Shown piece after piece: positions 1 through 10,320 of a DNA stretch of 54,778 bases (its first letter is position 1; every line of letters begins with the position of its first letter). Origin of the DNA: a virus (lineage: Duplodnaviria; Caudoviricetes); the IMG/VR virus record IMGVR_UViG_3300028400_000008, positions 1 through 54,778 of that record; one strand, 5' to 3'. Both the position numbers and the translations under genes were made by a program. The notes beneath the pieces are model-generated. The model ran no database searches and had not been told where the DNA came from. It saw only the letters and a program-made list of their open reading frames with translations.

Positions 1-127
1 TGAAGCGAACCAATACTGGTGCAAGGACAATTAGAACCACAATACTTACTACATCGAACATCTCATACCCCTTCTTCATTTAATTTCACCCACCAACAAT
101 AGGTACTCCTGGAACCACAGGGGGGGG
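1..127. repeat. Terminal 127-bp direct repeat, left copy
   Basis: tgaagcgaaccaatactgg...gaaccacagggggggg is identical to 54652-54778. A length of 127 equals a common maximum assembler k-mer, so this is probably a circular-assembly overlap. Confidence 0.95.
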
Positions 128-351
128 TATCACCTTTGACGGTACTTGACACTTAGTGGAGTGGTTAAGCTCACACATTTTCACAATAAGCAATCATGTT
201 AGGCAGCATCTACAACAAACGCACTTGCGCATACGCCGTTGACTCAATCGAGCATCCGTATGTGTTGAATTACCAAACAGCAACTATTTATGCTATCAAG
301 CAATTGCGTCCATTGAGAACCAAATCATATCGGTTCAGGTGGTGGTTCAAA

Positions 352-369
352 TGATAAAATAGATATAAT
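352..369 (+). promoter_or_regulatory. Candidate sigma70-type late promoter (extended -10)
   Basis: TG-A-TAAAAT at 352-360 and TATAAT at 364-369, just upstream of the first gene of the 33-kb + strand operon. Confidence 0.5.
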
Positions 370-390
370 TCTTGCAAAAAAGGATTGACA

Positions 391-1080
391 ATGGGCAGAG
401 AGAGCTTGTTGAAAAAAGATGAGCTGAATGTCGATGACTTCATAAGTGCGCTACCGATAAAGGCAAGAGACAGAATAAGCAATGAGGATATGGAGGAGCT
501 TGACAGGCTGCAAAGGAAGTTTGGGTTCACAAGAAACGAACTTCTTGATAGCGTTGTAAAGTACTCATCTATCCTGGAGAAAAGAAAGACAAACTTCAAC
601 CATTTCGTGAACGCCATCATATTCATAAACTTCCTAAACCTTGGCGACAGCAAGAGCGATGCGTACAGGAAGACATTTCCAGAAAGACTAAAAAACAAAA
701 AAGGCGAATGGCTCACGCCAGACCAGATAGCGGTCAAGGCAAATAACTTCTATAACAACGATTTGGTGCAAAGCATGATAGAGATGCTACCGATGACGAA
801 CAATCTACTCTTTTTTAATGAGAGGATGAAGGCTATGAGGATAGCTGTTGATTTAATGGAAAACGCATCAAGCGACAAGGTAAAGATAGAAGCAGTAAAG
901 GTGGTTCTCGACAATACTAAGCCACCAGAAGAGATAAATGTAAATCTTAAAACCGATAGTAGGGCCGATGAACTGTTTGAGAAGTTGAGAACCACTGCTG
1001 AGCAGCAGGCAAGGCTGATAGAAAAAGGCCTTGATACGAATGAAATAATAAATGTGGAGTTGGATGATGAAACTGAATGA
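391..1080 (+). CDS. Putative terminase small subunit (N4 gp69-like position)
   Basis: About 229-aa helical protein directly upstream of and overlapping the large terminase. ATG at 391 follows AAAAGGA (ORF track starts at TTG 385). Confidence 0.6.
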   Translation: MGRESLLKKDELNVDDFISALPIKARDRISNEDMEELDRLQRKFGFTRNELLDSVVKYSSILEKRKTNFNHFVNAIIFINFLNLGDSKSDAYRKTFPERLKNKKGEWLTPDQIAVKANNFYNNDLVQSMIEMLPMTNNLLFFNERMKAMRIAVDLMENASSDKVKIEAVKVVLDNTKPPEEINVNLKTDSRADELFEKLRTTAEQQARLIEKGLDTNEIINVELDDETE

Positions 1081-2581
1081 ATATCTTGAAAAAGTAGATT
1101 ATAGATGGGAGAAATATAAGCCTTCAGTTGAAGCGCTAATGTTTGCAAATTTTATAAATATGGTGAACGCAGATAGGGGCGGAGAAGAGAACAGAACCCC
1201 ATTGGCACATTTGCATCTATTGGATACTATATTTAGTAAGACAAAAAGACATGTGGTTTGTGCCCACAGAGGGTTTGCAAAGACTACGCTACTAATGGAG
1301 TATCTGTTTTTGTTTCTTGCCGTTATGGGAGGAAGGTTTCCTAAATTCAATAAAAGCGTAAATGTTCTTATGTTCGTTGTAAACGCAATGGAGAAGGGTG
1401 GTTCCGATATACGAAGAAACATAGAGCACAGATACAAAAACTCATCATTCTTGCAAGACGAGCTTATTAAATTCAGTGCTACAGAAGGAAGAATATATGC
1501 TATGAATAAAGATGGGATAGAGGTAGCCGCAAGAATATTCGGAGCAAGGACTGGAGTGAGGGGGTTCAAGGAGTTTGGAGAAAGACCTAAGCTTGCGATT
1601 ATAGACGACATTATAAAAGACAATGAATTAAGTGAACCTTTTATGAATAGAATGAACGACTTGCTTGACAAGGGAGTATCAAACGCATTGCATCCATCCG
1701 TAAAAAAGACGATTTTCATAGGAACGCCATTTATGGAGAGCGATCCGCTCGTTAAAAAGATAAGCAATCCACATTGGAAGGCAAGCGTGTATCCAGTGGC
1801 TGAGAAGTTTCCTTGCAAGAAGGAAGAATTCAGATCATCATGGCCAGATAGATTTACATTTGACTATGTGCTCGACCAGTACAAATCGTTAAAAGCGGAT
1901 GGAAACGAACACGCTTTTTTTCAAGAGCTAATGCTTAAAATAAACTCTGACGAGCAGAGGCTAATAGAGGATATATCATTTATAGAACCACCGAGCTACA
2001 AGGCTTGTAACATCTATTTTACTACGGACTTTGCCACTGGTGGTTCAAGCAAGAACGACTATTCCGTTATAAGCGTATGGGCTGCAACGAAAGATGAAAA
2101 GCTTGTACTGATAGACGGAATATGCAAAAGACAAACGATGGACAAAAACATAGACGATTTATTCTATCTCGCCGCCCAATATAAGCCAATTCAGATTGGA
2201 CTTGAAGTATCTGGAGCGCAGCAGGGGTTCTTGACCTGGATACAAAAAGAAATGATCAAAAAAGGTATATTTTTCCAGATAAAAGAAGTTAGACCGCTAA
2301 AAGACAAATTCAGCAGGTTTTATGATGCACTTCCTATGCTAAAGAGTGGCAAGGTTCAATTTTCGACAAAGCTTCCAAAAGAGTTTGTATTAGAATTGAA
2401 AAATGAAATAAGCAAAGTAACGATGAGAGGTTTTAGAAGTGAGCATGACGATGTGCTCGACACTATCTCAATGCTGCTAAATTTGGATGTAGTGTATCCA
2501 AGCATGGCACAAATAGATACTGAAAGTTCAGTTTACGATGATGATTTTGAATATGATGAGGTAGGCGATTTATATGATTGA
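1067..2581 (+). CDS. Terminase large subunit, N4-like
   Basis: Walker A variant AHRGFAKTT, Walker B LAIIDDI, coupling motif IGTP, RuvC-like nuclease residues TTDFA...DYS...HDDVLD. GGAG RBS at 1056 favours ATG 1067. Confidence 0.92.
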   Translation: MKLNEYLEKVDYRWEKYKPSVEALMFANFINMVNADRGGEENRTPLAHLHLLDTIFSKTKRHVVCAHRGFAKTTLLMEYLFLFLAVMGGRFPKFNKSVNVLMFVVNAMEKGGSDIRRNIEHRYKNSSFLQDELIKFSATEGRIYAMNKDGIEVAARIFGARTGVRGFKEFGERPKLAIIDDIIKDNELSEPFMNRMNDLLDKGVSNALHPSVKKTIFIGTPFMESDPLVKKISNPHWKASVYPVAEKFPCKKEEFRSSWPDRFTFDYVLDQYKSLKADGNEHAFFQELMLKINSDEQRLIEDISFIEPPSYKACNIYFTTDFATGGSSKNDYSVISVWAATKDEKLVLIDGICKRQTMDKNIDDLFYLAAQYKPIQIGLEVSGAQQGFLTWIQKEMIKKGIFFQIKEVRPLKDKFSRFYDALPMLKSGKVQFSTKLPKEFVLELKNEISKVTMRGFRSEHDDVLDTISMLLNLDVVYPSMAQIDTESSVYDDDFEYDEVGDLYD

Positions 2582-3185
2582 TATAGTAAAAGACATAAAA
2601 GTTCTTGTGCCAAATACTTCATATAGCGATGAAGAGATAGCAAGAATAGTTGATATGGTATTCGATGAGATACAGGCTGAAGTAAAGCCGTTCAAATCCG
2701 CATTCAAGGTAACGCTTTATAAAGATACGGATGAATACGACTTGAATGAAATAGTGGAGGCTCAAGCGAATCTCGCTAACGAAAATCTGCATTTGCTTGA
2801 GATAACTCACATATCGGACCCACTTGGACTTGGAGCGAGACTTGTAAACAATGTCCTTGCGCAGGTGGTTCCAAAGAAGGATGGAGACTACATAATAGCA
2901 TTCGCCAATCTTGTGTTTGATTCATTTGACGCTATTCCAAGAAACGATAAATTCAAAATGAGACATGCGATTATATATGGAGCGACATCGAAGATAGTCG
3001 AGGCGCTTGGCCAGCAAGACCAAGAACAATATGCGAATCTTTTGTATCAGAGATTTTACAACGCAAAAAAGAAGCTTGCACAAATGGAACCACAATTCCT
3101 TGATTTCTCGATGCATATAGATAGTTGGCAATTCGATAACAAAGAGATATATTTTGATGGGAGATTGACAGATGTGGAATCTTAA
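2574..3185 (+). CDS. Putative head-tail adaptor (N4 gp67-like position)
   Basis: 203 aa following the terminase. Helical ends with a central beta region (FKVTLYKDTDEYDL), as in podovirus adaptors. Confidence 0.5.
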   Translation: MIDIVKDIKVLVPNTSYSDEEIARIVDMVFDEIQAEVKPFKSAFKVTLYKDTDEYDLNEIVEAQANLANENLHLLEITHISDPLGLGARLVNNVLAQVVPKKDGDYIIAFANLVFDSFDAIPRNDKFKMRHAIIYGATSKIVEALGQQDQEQYANLLYQRFYNAKKKLAQMEPQFLDFSMHIDSWQFDNKEIYFDGRLTDVES

Positions 3186-6100
3186 CGATGTAGATTTGCA
3201 GAAAAAATACATAGAAGACCAGATAGCTGCGATAGTAAAAAAAATAGAAGATACTCTTGGCTTCACGGAGCTTGATACGCTACTTCACAATGTGGACAAA
3301 GTCTATGAGATATCACAAAACTCTGCGACACTGATGGAGCTTGTAGACATTAAGACAGAGCTGACAAATTTAAGCAATCACATAAACGATATCATTGCCG
3401 TTGAGCCAGTAGCTGACAATATTGGTAAAATGGTAGATATAGCGAACAATCTATCAATACTATTGGATATCTTCAATAATCTATCACATATAGTCACAGA
3501 TTCACAAAATATAGGAAGTATAAAGACTGTATCGCAAAGCATAGACTCGGTAAATACGGTTGCAACAGATAAAGCAAACATCGATGCAGTAGCTTTAAAT
3601 AAAAGCAATATAGATAATGTCGCTGGGAATAAAGCTAATATAGATACTGTTGCAAACAACATAGCATCTATCGTTAATGTAGCGCTCGATCTGCTAAAAG
3701 TTGCAAATGTGAGCGACAATATAGATAGCGTAAACAATGTATCTGCAAATATGCAAAAAGTTGATGTCGTTAGCGCCAATATTGGCAAGGTGGTTCAGGT
3801 AGCCAACGACAAAGCCAATATCGATGCCGTATCATCAGATTTGCTAAACATTGACAATGTGGCATCTAATAAAACAAATATAGACAATGTAGCGTCGATT
3901 AAAGATGATGTTGTAACAGTATCGCAAAACAAAGATGATGTAGTAACTGTATCTCAGAATATTGACAATGTAAATGCAGTCGCTGGCGATAAAGCAAATA
4001 TAGATGCGGTGGTTCAAAACAAGCAAAATATAGATTCAGTTGCAACCAATATTGTAAATGTAAACAAAGTTGCACAAAACGAAGCGAACATAAACGCTGT
4101 AGCTGCAAACGAGCCTGATATAGATACAGTATCTCAAAATGTATCCGATGTGAATACTGTCGCTCAAAGCATTCAAGATGTTCAGAATGTATCAAGCAAT
4201 ATAAACGATGTGTACAATTATGCGGACACATACTTGGGAAGCAAAAATAGCGAGCCAAACACGAGAAACGATGGAAGCCAGTTAATTGTTGGAGATTTGT
4301 ATTTCAATACTCAAACTGGATTAATGAATGTGTGGGATGGGTCTCAGTGGAAAGCTGCATACGCTTCCGTAAATGCATACAACAAAGATGAGTCAGATGC
4401 GAGATATGAAAGACTTGCAAACAAACTAACATCGTTTCAAACGACACCAGACGACACGCACTACCCTACCGAAAAACTGGTAAAAGACAGTCTTGACTTA
4501 AAAGCTGATAAAGGCGATACATACACAAAAAGTGAAGTCGATAGCTCACTAGCATTGAAAGAGGATAAAGCCAACAAGGTTACATCATTTGGAACCACCC
4601 CATCTGACGATAAATATCCTTCTGAGAAATTGGTAAAAGACAGCCTTGATACGAAAGCTAATGCTGCTAATGTATATTCAAGAAGCACGATTGATGATAA
4701 GCTGAGCCTAAAAGCAGACCAAACATCACTTGATAGCCATACCTCAGATACAAACAATCCTCATCAAGTAACAAAAGAGCAAGTTGGACTTGGAAATGTG
4801 GACAATACATCTGATTTGGACAAGCCAATATCTACTGCTGCGCAAACAGCTTTAAACAATAAGGCAAATAAAAATCTTGATAATGTTGATGCTAGTGATG
4901 TTTTGAATAAGGTTAAGGCTGTTGATGGTAGTGGTTCTGGACTTGATGCAGAGCTATTGGTCGGTAAAAGCCTTGAGCAACTTGAGGGCCGTGTAATGTC
5001 TAAAGCTGAATTTGAAGCTTTAGCAGAGGTTAGAAGGAAGCAATATGCTGGTAGCGGATTTATGGAATGGGGCGGTATTAGACCAGGGTATGTCGGTATT
5101 AATAAAGGAATGTGGGTATACAACGCACCTACTCAGTACTGGGCTGAGGCTGGTAAATTGTTTATTGGTAATAATTCGTACACACCTGTTGTAAATATTA
5201 ACGGGTACAGGACGAGATTATTAGGTTTGCATACATATGGTGCGTTAGATGCGGCAGATAACTTAATAAAAACACCGCAACCACCTACATCTTTAGCAGC
5301 AATAACAGATAGTACTAATCTACCTGTAGATATGAAACAGGGTGATTTTGCTATCCTGAATGACTTGGATAGAAATCTTACTTCATTTTTAACATACAGG
5401 GGTTCTGATAGGATTTCTTCATATACATATGTTAATGGTAGTAATACCATTACGATAGAAGATGATTCTAATACAAGTAGTGGTTATGTTACATTGAATC
5501 TGAAATTGATTAAGGGATGTCGCTATGCTATATCAGTTACTGTCGATAAAGCATTTACTCAAGAAAGTGGATTTAACAACTTTGTTTACAATGGGCAAAC
5601 TGTTTTCAGTAAGACTGGAACAACTGGCTCAACTGATGAACAAGTATTTGAATTTATTGCTTCAGAATCGACATATATAGCACTATATGCTAATGATGTC
5701 ACAGTTACTTATACAGTAAATTATTTGAAACAGCTCGAACCAGCCCCTATCGTAGCGCTACAAGACATATCAGCAGGCACGGACATTTACCAAAATACAG
5801 ATAAATTCGAAGCCAGAGATTCAGTATCCAGACAAGATTTGGTATTCCTTGAATCTTGGCACGAAGATATTTCTGAAAAAGATGTCGTCTATCCTTATGG
5901 AAACATTCAGTATCGTGGTAATGATGTAGATGGACTATCGGGTATAACAGATACTACTTGGTTTAGTGGATATGATACTTATAGTTTATTTGGTAATTGG
6001 CAAGAACCAGGAGCATTAGTAGGTAAAGGTTATAGATGGAGTCAGTTATCTGAAGCCGATAAGATTAAATTGGCTTCTAACCCTGATAACAATATTTATA

Positions 6101-8370
6101 AAGATGGGGATAAATGGATACAGGTAAGATACAGGATTAGGGTTGCTAAAGGTTTAGGAAATGAGTGGAAAAATCCTGGCACAAGAAATGATTTACAACT
6201 AACATATAAAGGTTACTGGTGGGTTATAACAAAAGGAAAACAAGTAAGTATTGATTATGACTTTGATAGTGCAAATGGAAACAATAATGGTCACAGATTT
6301 TTACGATATTTACATGGTGGAGGTTCAACTGTTAATGGATGTCAAATAGGAACTTGGGGAATAGAAGATATTAATCAAGCAGGTTATGGTTTCGCTCTTC
6401 CAATAGCTCTCATCCAAAGACGAAACCAAGGTGCTTACCATCCTGTTTACAACCCAGAAGGCTCAGCTTTATTCGCTTACGATGATGGTTCAACAGGACC
6501 TGACGCAGTGGAATGGTGGCAATTGCCAGATGGGTATGTTGCTTCTATGTCTGATTGTTTCAACCCAGACAAAATCGCTTGTATTCGTCCTTCAGACAAT
6601 TCGGTTGAAACATTGGCAACCTATAATAACGATACCTCTGATGATAAAAATGGATTTAAGATTACAGGTCTTATTGAAAGCGGTAAATCAGGAAGACCAG
6701 ATGGATTGTATGCGGATGAAATCAATGAGAGAGATGTGGAAGACTTAAGAATATCTGCACATAAAAAGCCATTTAGAGAAATATTAGACGAATGGAACAG
6801 AAAGGCTATTATTGGTAAAGTTAGAGGTAAGGATGGTGAATGGCTATATGGAGGTCACAGCGTATTAAAAAAATCAATAGAATGGAGCGGGACAGGAACA
6901 AGATTATATCTTGGCAAAATAGATAAAAAAACTCAAGAAAAGCTAATTTCTATATTTTCCTATCAAGGTAATTACTTAAGCAGTGGGGAACATCTATATC
7001 TGACTGATAGAAATGGCAATAAGCATATTGTTAACTATCAAACATTGCTTGATATTGATTACAATGATGTATATCTTGATTTTTATCACAATACCGACAT
7101 TTATAACAATATAGAGGTTGGGGATAAAGTATGTTTCTTAATTTGGAAAAAAGCAGATGGAAGTGAAGTGATAGTGCCGATAGGTACATTTGAAAAATCA
7201 TATACCTACAACAACACCTTAACCCACACGGAAATCATCGGTGACCCAAGAAAACTAAAAGATAGGGTTGAATATACAGTAACCTCAACTGATGAAATAA
7301 TTTCATTACATAAAAATGAATACATCTTATGCCAAGATGCTACAAATAATGGTGGGGTAGCTGGGCATTATTACAGATGGAAAGGTGGTTCAATAAATTC
7401 AATTCATACCAACAGTAATGATACATCTTTGTCTGTAAACACTGAAGGTGGGAAAATTGATTTCAGCGATACAACTTTATGGATAGATTTAGGAACAGAT
7501 GGGAACAGAGGCGGGTATCCTGACGAATGGTTTGAAAAAGGTATAGAAGGAACACCACTTGTAGTAGGTGAAGAGGGTGAGAGTTTATTACCTCCTGATC
7601 TCACTTGGAATAATAGCAATGCAATTCAAGTAAAACTTAGTAGAAAAAACATAAATGCAGATAGATTTAAAAAATTATTAGTATCTAAAAAAGATGGTGC
7701 GTTTGTAGAATGTACATATGGTAGTGCCGATTATCCGTTAAAAGGTAATATTAATATAACACATAATACTTTAACATTTAATATCGTCCAATCTTACTCA
7801 GATTTAGGGTACTCTTCGAAAGAAGAGATGTTAGACCTAATGGTTGTGTTAGTAACTTATGAAACCAAAGCTAATTTCTTGGAATTAGCAGATGTTGGTG
7901 CAAGAGTATTGGTGCTGGATGAAGTCAACCATCTCAGAGGAGCTCGTGATTTTGAATGGGGGGCAGCAATTTGCAATAGTATATTGAACAAAGTTGGAAT
8001 AAACGGGGAAGGAGGCAGAGGAGTAACAAGATTTGGATATGTTTATCAATATTATTTACGACACGCTTTTAACAATGAGATTGGAGGATACCATTTACAA
8101 ACTCCAATACATAAAGAATTAACATATAATGTAAATGCCACAATCCCTATGGCAAAAACTTTGCCTTTTCTTACTGTTAGAAACAATAGAGCATATCTCC
8201 AATATGTATTTAAAGAACTAAAATACGATACGGATAACGGTACTTGGGGAGATGATAATAAGTTCCAAATTACCAATAAGGTATCTACAATTACAGATTT
8301 AAATGGCAATAGAGTTCTTTATGGACAAAAGAGATTTGCATTACCATATTTCATAGACGAGGAGCTATAA
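3172..8370 (+). CDS. Long tail fibre / receptor-binding protein (1732 aa)
   Basis: N-terminal repeated coiled-coil shaft. Typical fibre motifs GDLYFNTQTGLMNVWDGSQW, NNPHQVTKEQVGLGNVDNTSD and DGSGSGLDAELL. Aromatic/Gly-rich C-terminal beta domains. Confidence 0.85.
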   Translation: MWNLNDVDLQKKYIEDQIAAIVKKIEDTLGFTELDTLLHNVDKVYEISQNSATLMELVDIKTELTNLSNHINDIIAVEPVADNIGKMVDIANNLSILLDIFNNLSHIVTDSQNIGSIKTVSQSIDSVNTVATDKANIDAVALNKSNIDNVAGNKANIDTVANNIASIVNVALDLLKVANVSDNIDSVNNVSANMQKVDVVSANIGKVVQVANDKANIDAVSSDLLNIDNVASNKTNIDNVASIKDDVVTVSQNKDDVVTVSQNIDNVNAVAGDKANIDAVVQNKQNIDSVATNIVNVNKVAQNEANINAVAANEPDIDTVSQNVSDVNTVAQSIQDVQNVSSNINDVYNYADTYLGSKNSEPNTRNDGSQLIVGDLYFNTQTGLMNVWDGSQWKAAYASVNAYNKDESDARYERLANKLTSFQTTPDDTHYPTEKLVKDSLDLKADKGDTYTKSEVDSSLALKEDKANKVTSFGTTPSDDKYPSEKLVKDSLDTKANAANVYSRSTIDDKLSLKADQTSLDSHTSDTNNPHQVTKEQVGLGNVDNTSDLDKPISTAAQTALNNKANKNLDNVDASDVLNKVKAVDGSGSGLDAELLVGKSLEQLEGRVMSKAEFEALAEVRRKQYAGSGFMEWGGIRPGYVGINKGMWVYNAPTQYWAEAGKLFIGNNSYTPVVNINGYRTRLLGLHTYGALDAADNLIKTPQPPTSLAAITDSTNLPVDMKQGDFAILNDLDRNLTSFLTYRGSDRISSYTYVNGSNTITIEDDSNTSSGYVTLNLKLIKGCRYAISVTVDKAFTQESGFNNFVYNGQTVFSKTGTTGSTDEQVFEFIASESTYIALYANDVTVTYTVNYLKQLEPAPIVALQDISAGTDIYQNTDKFEARDSVSRQDLVFLESWHEDISEKDVVYPYGNIQYRGNDVDGLSGITDTTWFSGYDTYSLFGNWQEPGALVGKGYRWSQLSEADKIKLASNPDNNIYKDGDKWIQVRYRIRVAKGLGNEWKNPGTRNDLQLTYKGYWWVITKGKQVSIDYDFDSANGNNNGHRFLRYLHGGGSTVNGCQIGTWGIEDINQAGYGFALPIALIQRRNQGAYHPVYNPEGSALFAYDDGSTGPDAVEWWQLPDGYVASMSDCFNPDKIACIRPSDNSVETLATYNNDTSDDKNGFKITGLIESGKSGRPDGLYADEINERDVEDLRISAHKKPFREILDEWNRKAIIGKVRGKDGEWLYGGHSVLKKSIEWSGTGTRLYLGKIDKKTQEKLISIFSYQGNYLSSGEHLYLTDRNGNKHIVNYQTLLDIDYNDVYLDFYHNTDIYNNIEVGDKVCFLIWKKADGSEVIVPIGTFEKSYTYNNTLTHTEIIGDPRKLKDRVEYTVTSTDEIISLHKNEYILCQDATNNGGVAGHYYRWKGGSINSIHTNSNDTSLSVNTEGGKIDFSDTTLWIDLGTDGNRGGYPDEWFEKGIEGTPLVVGEEGESLLPPDLTWNNSNAIQVKLSRKNINADRFKKLLVSKKDGAFVECTYGSADYPLKGNINITHNTLTFNIVQSYSDLGYSSKEEMLDLMVVLVTYETKANFLELADVGARVLVLDEVNHLRGARDFEWGAAICNSILNKVGINGEGGRGVTRFGYVYQYYLRHAFNNEIGGYHLQTPIHKELTYNVNATIPMAKTLPFLTVRNNRAYLQYVFKELKYDTDNGTWGDDNKFQITNKVSTITDLNGNRVLYGQKRFALPYFIDEEL
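3508..4220 (+). repeat. Tandem 10-residue (30-bp) coding repeats in the fibre shaft
   Basis: Over 20 imperfect units such as NIDNVAGNKA, NIDAVALNKS, DVVTVSQNKD. Confidence 0.85.
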
Positions 8371-9062
8371 TGAATAATTACGAACTTGCGATGAAGCAAA
8401 AGAAGCCAGTCAGAGTCGTGGCTCTTTTGCTTCAAGAATATCTTTACGAAAAAGCTAAAGTCGATAAGACAAAAGAGCTTGAAGAGCAATATGACGAAAT
8501 GATTTCTCAGCTAATCGAGGATGGATATAAATTAATAGTTTTTGATGAATATGAAGAAAAAATAAACGAAGAAACATTGGAAAATACCAAAGAACCGCTG
8601 CTTAGTGATGAACAGAAAGAAAAACTTGAACAATGCGATAAATGCAAGGTGGTTCCAAGTAAAGAGTTGTATATAAAAGAGAATTTTGAAGAGCCGATTT
8701 CTGAACCGATAGACGATTTTATTGATATGCTAAAAGAGTATGCGTTGAGCCTAATAAACAGCAAATTTGAAGAAGCTATGGATGATATAAGAAAAAAATA
8801 TCCTCAGCTTGAAATGTTATCTTGGGACAATCAGGAAAGAGAAGCAAGAGCATTTGTGGCAGATAACAATGCTTCAACTCCGCTCCTTGACCAAATTTCT
8901 GCAATTAGAAACATAGATAAAACGGAACTTGCAAATAGAATAATCGCAAAGGCTGATGCATACAAAACACTTGTCGGACAAGCAATTGGCAAGAGGCAAC
9001 TGCTTGAAGACATGATAGGCATGGCTGCAAGCGTAGATGAGCTTAAAGGCATAAAATGGTAA
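8370..9062 (+). CDS. Tail fibre assembly/chaperone-like protein
   Basis: Follows the fibre with a TAATG overlap. The C-terminus YPQLEMLSWDNQEREARAF...TPLLDQIS...IIAKADAY...GKRQLLED matches the pattern of common fibre-associated proteins. Confidence 0.7.
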   Translation: MNNYELAMKQKKPVRVVALLLQEYLYEKAKVDKTKELEEQYDEMISQLIEDGYKLIVFDEYEEKINEETLENTKEPLLSDEQKEKLEQCDKCKVVPSKELYIKENFEEPISEPIDDFIDMLKEYALSLINSKFEEAMDDIRKKYPQLEMLSWDNQEREARAFVADNNASTPLLDQISAIRNIDKTELANRIIAKADAYKTLVGQAIGKRQLLEDMIGMAASVDELKGIKW

Positions 9063-9412
9063 AACATTTTGTATTGATGGTAATAGCGTTCATTGGGACC
9101 ACCTCGCTTAGCCCGATAGCATTTATAGTCAATGTAGCAAGAAAGCTATACAGAAACGATGATTTAGAAGACTACTTCAAAACGATAGCATTATCGTTCG
9201 ACCAAGCTGGTGGTTCTATTATTTATGGACAAGAAAACTTCACTATATCTTCATACACCTACTACTTATGCAAAAGCAAAAACAACAAATACGCATGCTC
9301 ATTTATGAAAATGATAGACGCTGTTTTCGGAAAAAACCACTGTAAAGAAAGCTATTACAATGAAATAAGAAGAGACCAAAAAGACATATATGAGATAAAG
9401 GAGTTGATATGA
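9056..9412 (+). CDS. Conserved phage membrane-associated hypothetical protein
   Basis: N-terminal hydrophobic helix. DQAGG...TISS...ID..F.KNHC pattern is often seen near tail/lysis genes. Confidence 0.6.
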   Translation: MVKHFVLMVIAFIGTTSLSPIAFIVNVARKLYRNDDLEDYFKTIALSFDQAGGSIIYGQENFTISSYTYYLCKSKNNKYACSFMKMIDAVFGKNHCKESYYNEIRRDQKDIYEIKELI

Positions 9413-9756
9413 GAAAAAGCATAGAGCTGATAATTGAAACGATAATGATAGGACTATTCGGCATTGTAATGTTTGCTATGGTATCGAAGGGAGGTGAGCT
9501 TGAAGTCATCAATGACAATGTATCGCCTATAGGACACATATACAAGATAGACGGGTATTTTACACATTATGGAGATGGACCATTTGATTGGATGTATTTG
9601 AGCAATAAGACTGGAAATGCATACAAGCTTGAAGGAATGGATAGTAATACTGGATATTTGAAGTGGAGAAAATTTAACTTCAAGGATGCCAAAGCAATAC
9701 GAATAGACGATTTTATAGTGATCGACTACAAGGTGAATATAGATGTTCTTAGATAG
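9409..9756 (+). CDS. Hypothetical protein with N-terminal TM/signal segment
   Basis: AAGGAG RBS, ATGA overlap, hydrophobic residues 5-26. Confidence 0.6.
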   Translation: MRKSIELIIETIMIGLFGIVMFAMVSKGGELEVINDNVSPIGHIYKIDGYFTHYGDGPFDWMYLSNKTGNAYKLEGMDSNTGYLKWRKFNFKDAKAIRIDDFIVIDYKVNIDVLR

Positions 9757-10042
9757 GATTGTTGATAAGGCAGTAATTGTTGCAGCAATTATGGTTTTTG
9801 TGATTCTTGGCTGGGTGGTTCTATACTATATGCCTATGAAGGCGATGAAATCTGAAATATACAGGCTAAACAAGCAGATAGAGATAGAGCGTAAAAATGT
9901 GAAAGAAATGGAACTTAAAAGGAATATCGATAAGGTAGAGAAATTTGAAAAAAAATATGGGAACAGGAGCATAAGGCGAAATGAAGAATATTCGATTGAT
10001 ATTAACGACTCTATCGGCATTCATTCTATTGTTATCCATTAG
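9743..10042 (+). CDS. Putative i-spanin (Rz-like)
   Basis: N-terminal TM helix followed by coiled coil, in the lysis cluster. Confidence 0.6.
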   Translation: MFLDRIVDKAVIVAAIMVFVILGWVVLYYMPMKAMKSEIYRLNKQIEIERKNVKEMELKRNIDKVEKFEKKYGNRSIRRNEEYSIDINDSIGIHSIVIH

Positions 10043-10208
10043 TGGATGCTGCGACAAGCAAAAAGAAATAGTTTATGTAAAGACAAAGTGTCCAAGATTG
10101 AAAGTTTTTGAAATAAACAAAACAGTAGATGAACCATTTATATTGGAGTACGAGATTGAAAAAGAAAGTCAATATGAAATTAGAAATTTTCAAGAGATTG
10201 ATAAATAG
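9981..10208 (+). CDS. Putative o-spanin (Rz1-like lipoprotein)
   Basis: Signal peptide ending LLLSISG-C (lipobox), overlapping the i-spanin 3' end. Confidence 0.65.
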   Translation: MKNIRLILTTLSAFILLLSISGCCDKQKEIVYVKTKCPRLKVFEINKTVDEPFILEYEIEKESQYEIRNFQEIDK

Positions 10209-10320
10209 GTACCTGAATTGTAAAAATAGAGTTCGATACCTTGAGAAGGTGGTTCACGAATATGAGAAAATGATAAGAGAGTACAATGATAAATTCACCA
10301 ATTTACAAGAGCCTTCTTGA
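10174..10320 (+). CDS. Small coiled-coil protein in the lysis cassette (possible detached C-terminus of the o-spanin)
   Basis: MKLEIFKRLINRYLNCKNRVRYLEKVVHEYEKMIREYN, in the +1 frame relative to the lipoprotein. Confidence 0.45.
   Translation: MKLEIFKRLINRYLNCKNRVRYLEKVVHEYEKMIREYNDKFTNLQEPS

Noticed and set aside
1-127. 127-bp terminal repeat as the biological direct terminal repeat
   Set aside because: Its length equals a standard assembler k-mer and it cuts through a small gene. It shows circularity, not the true end structure.
3172-8370. Diversity-generating retroelement or invertible cassette acting on the tail fibres
   Set aside because: No reverse transcriptase, invertase or template/variable repeat pair is visible.
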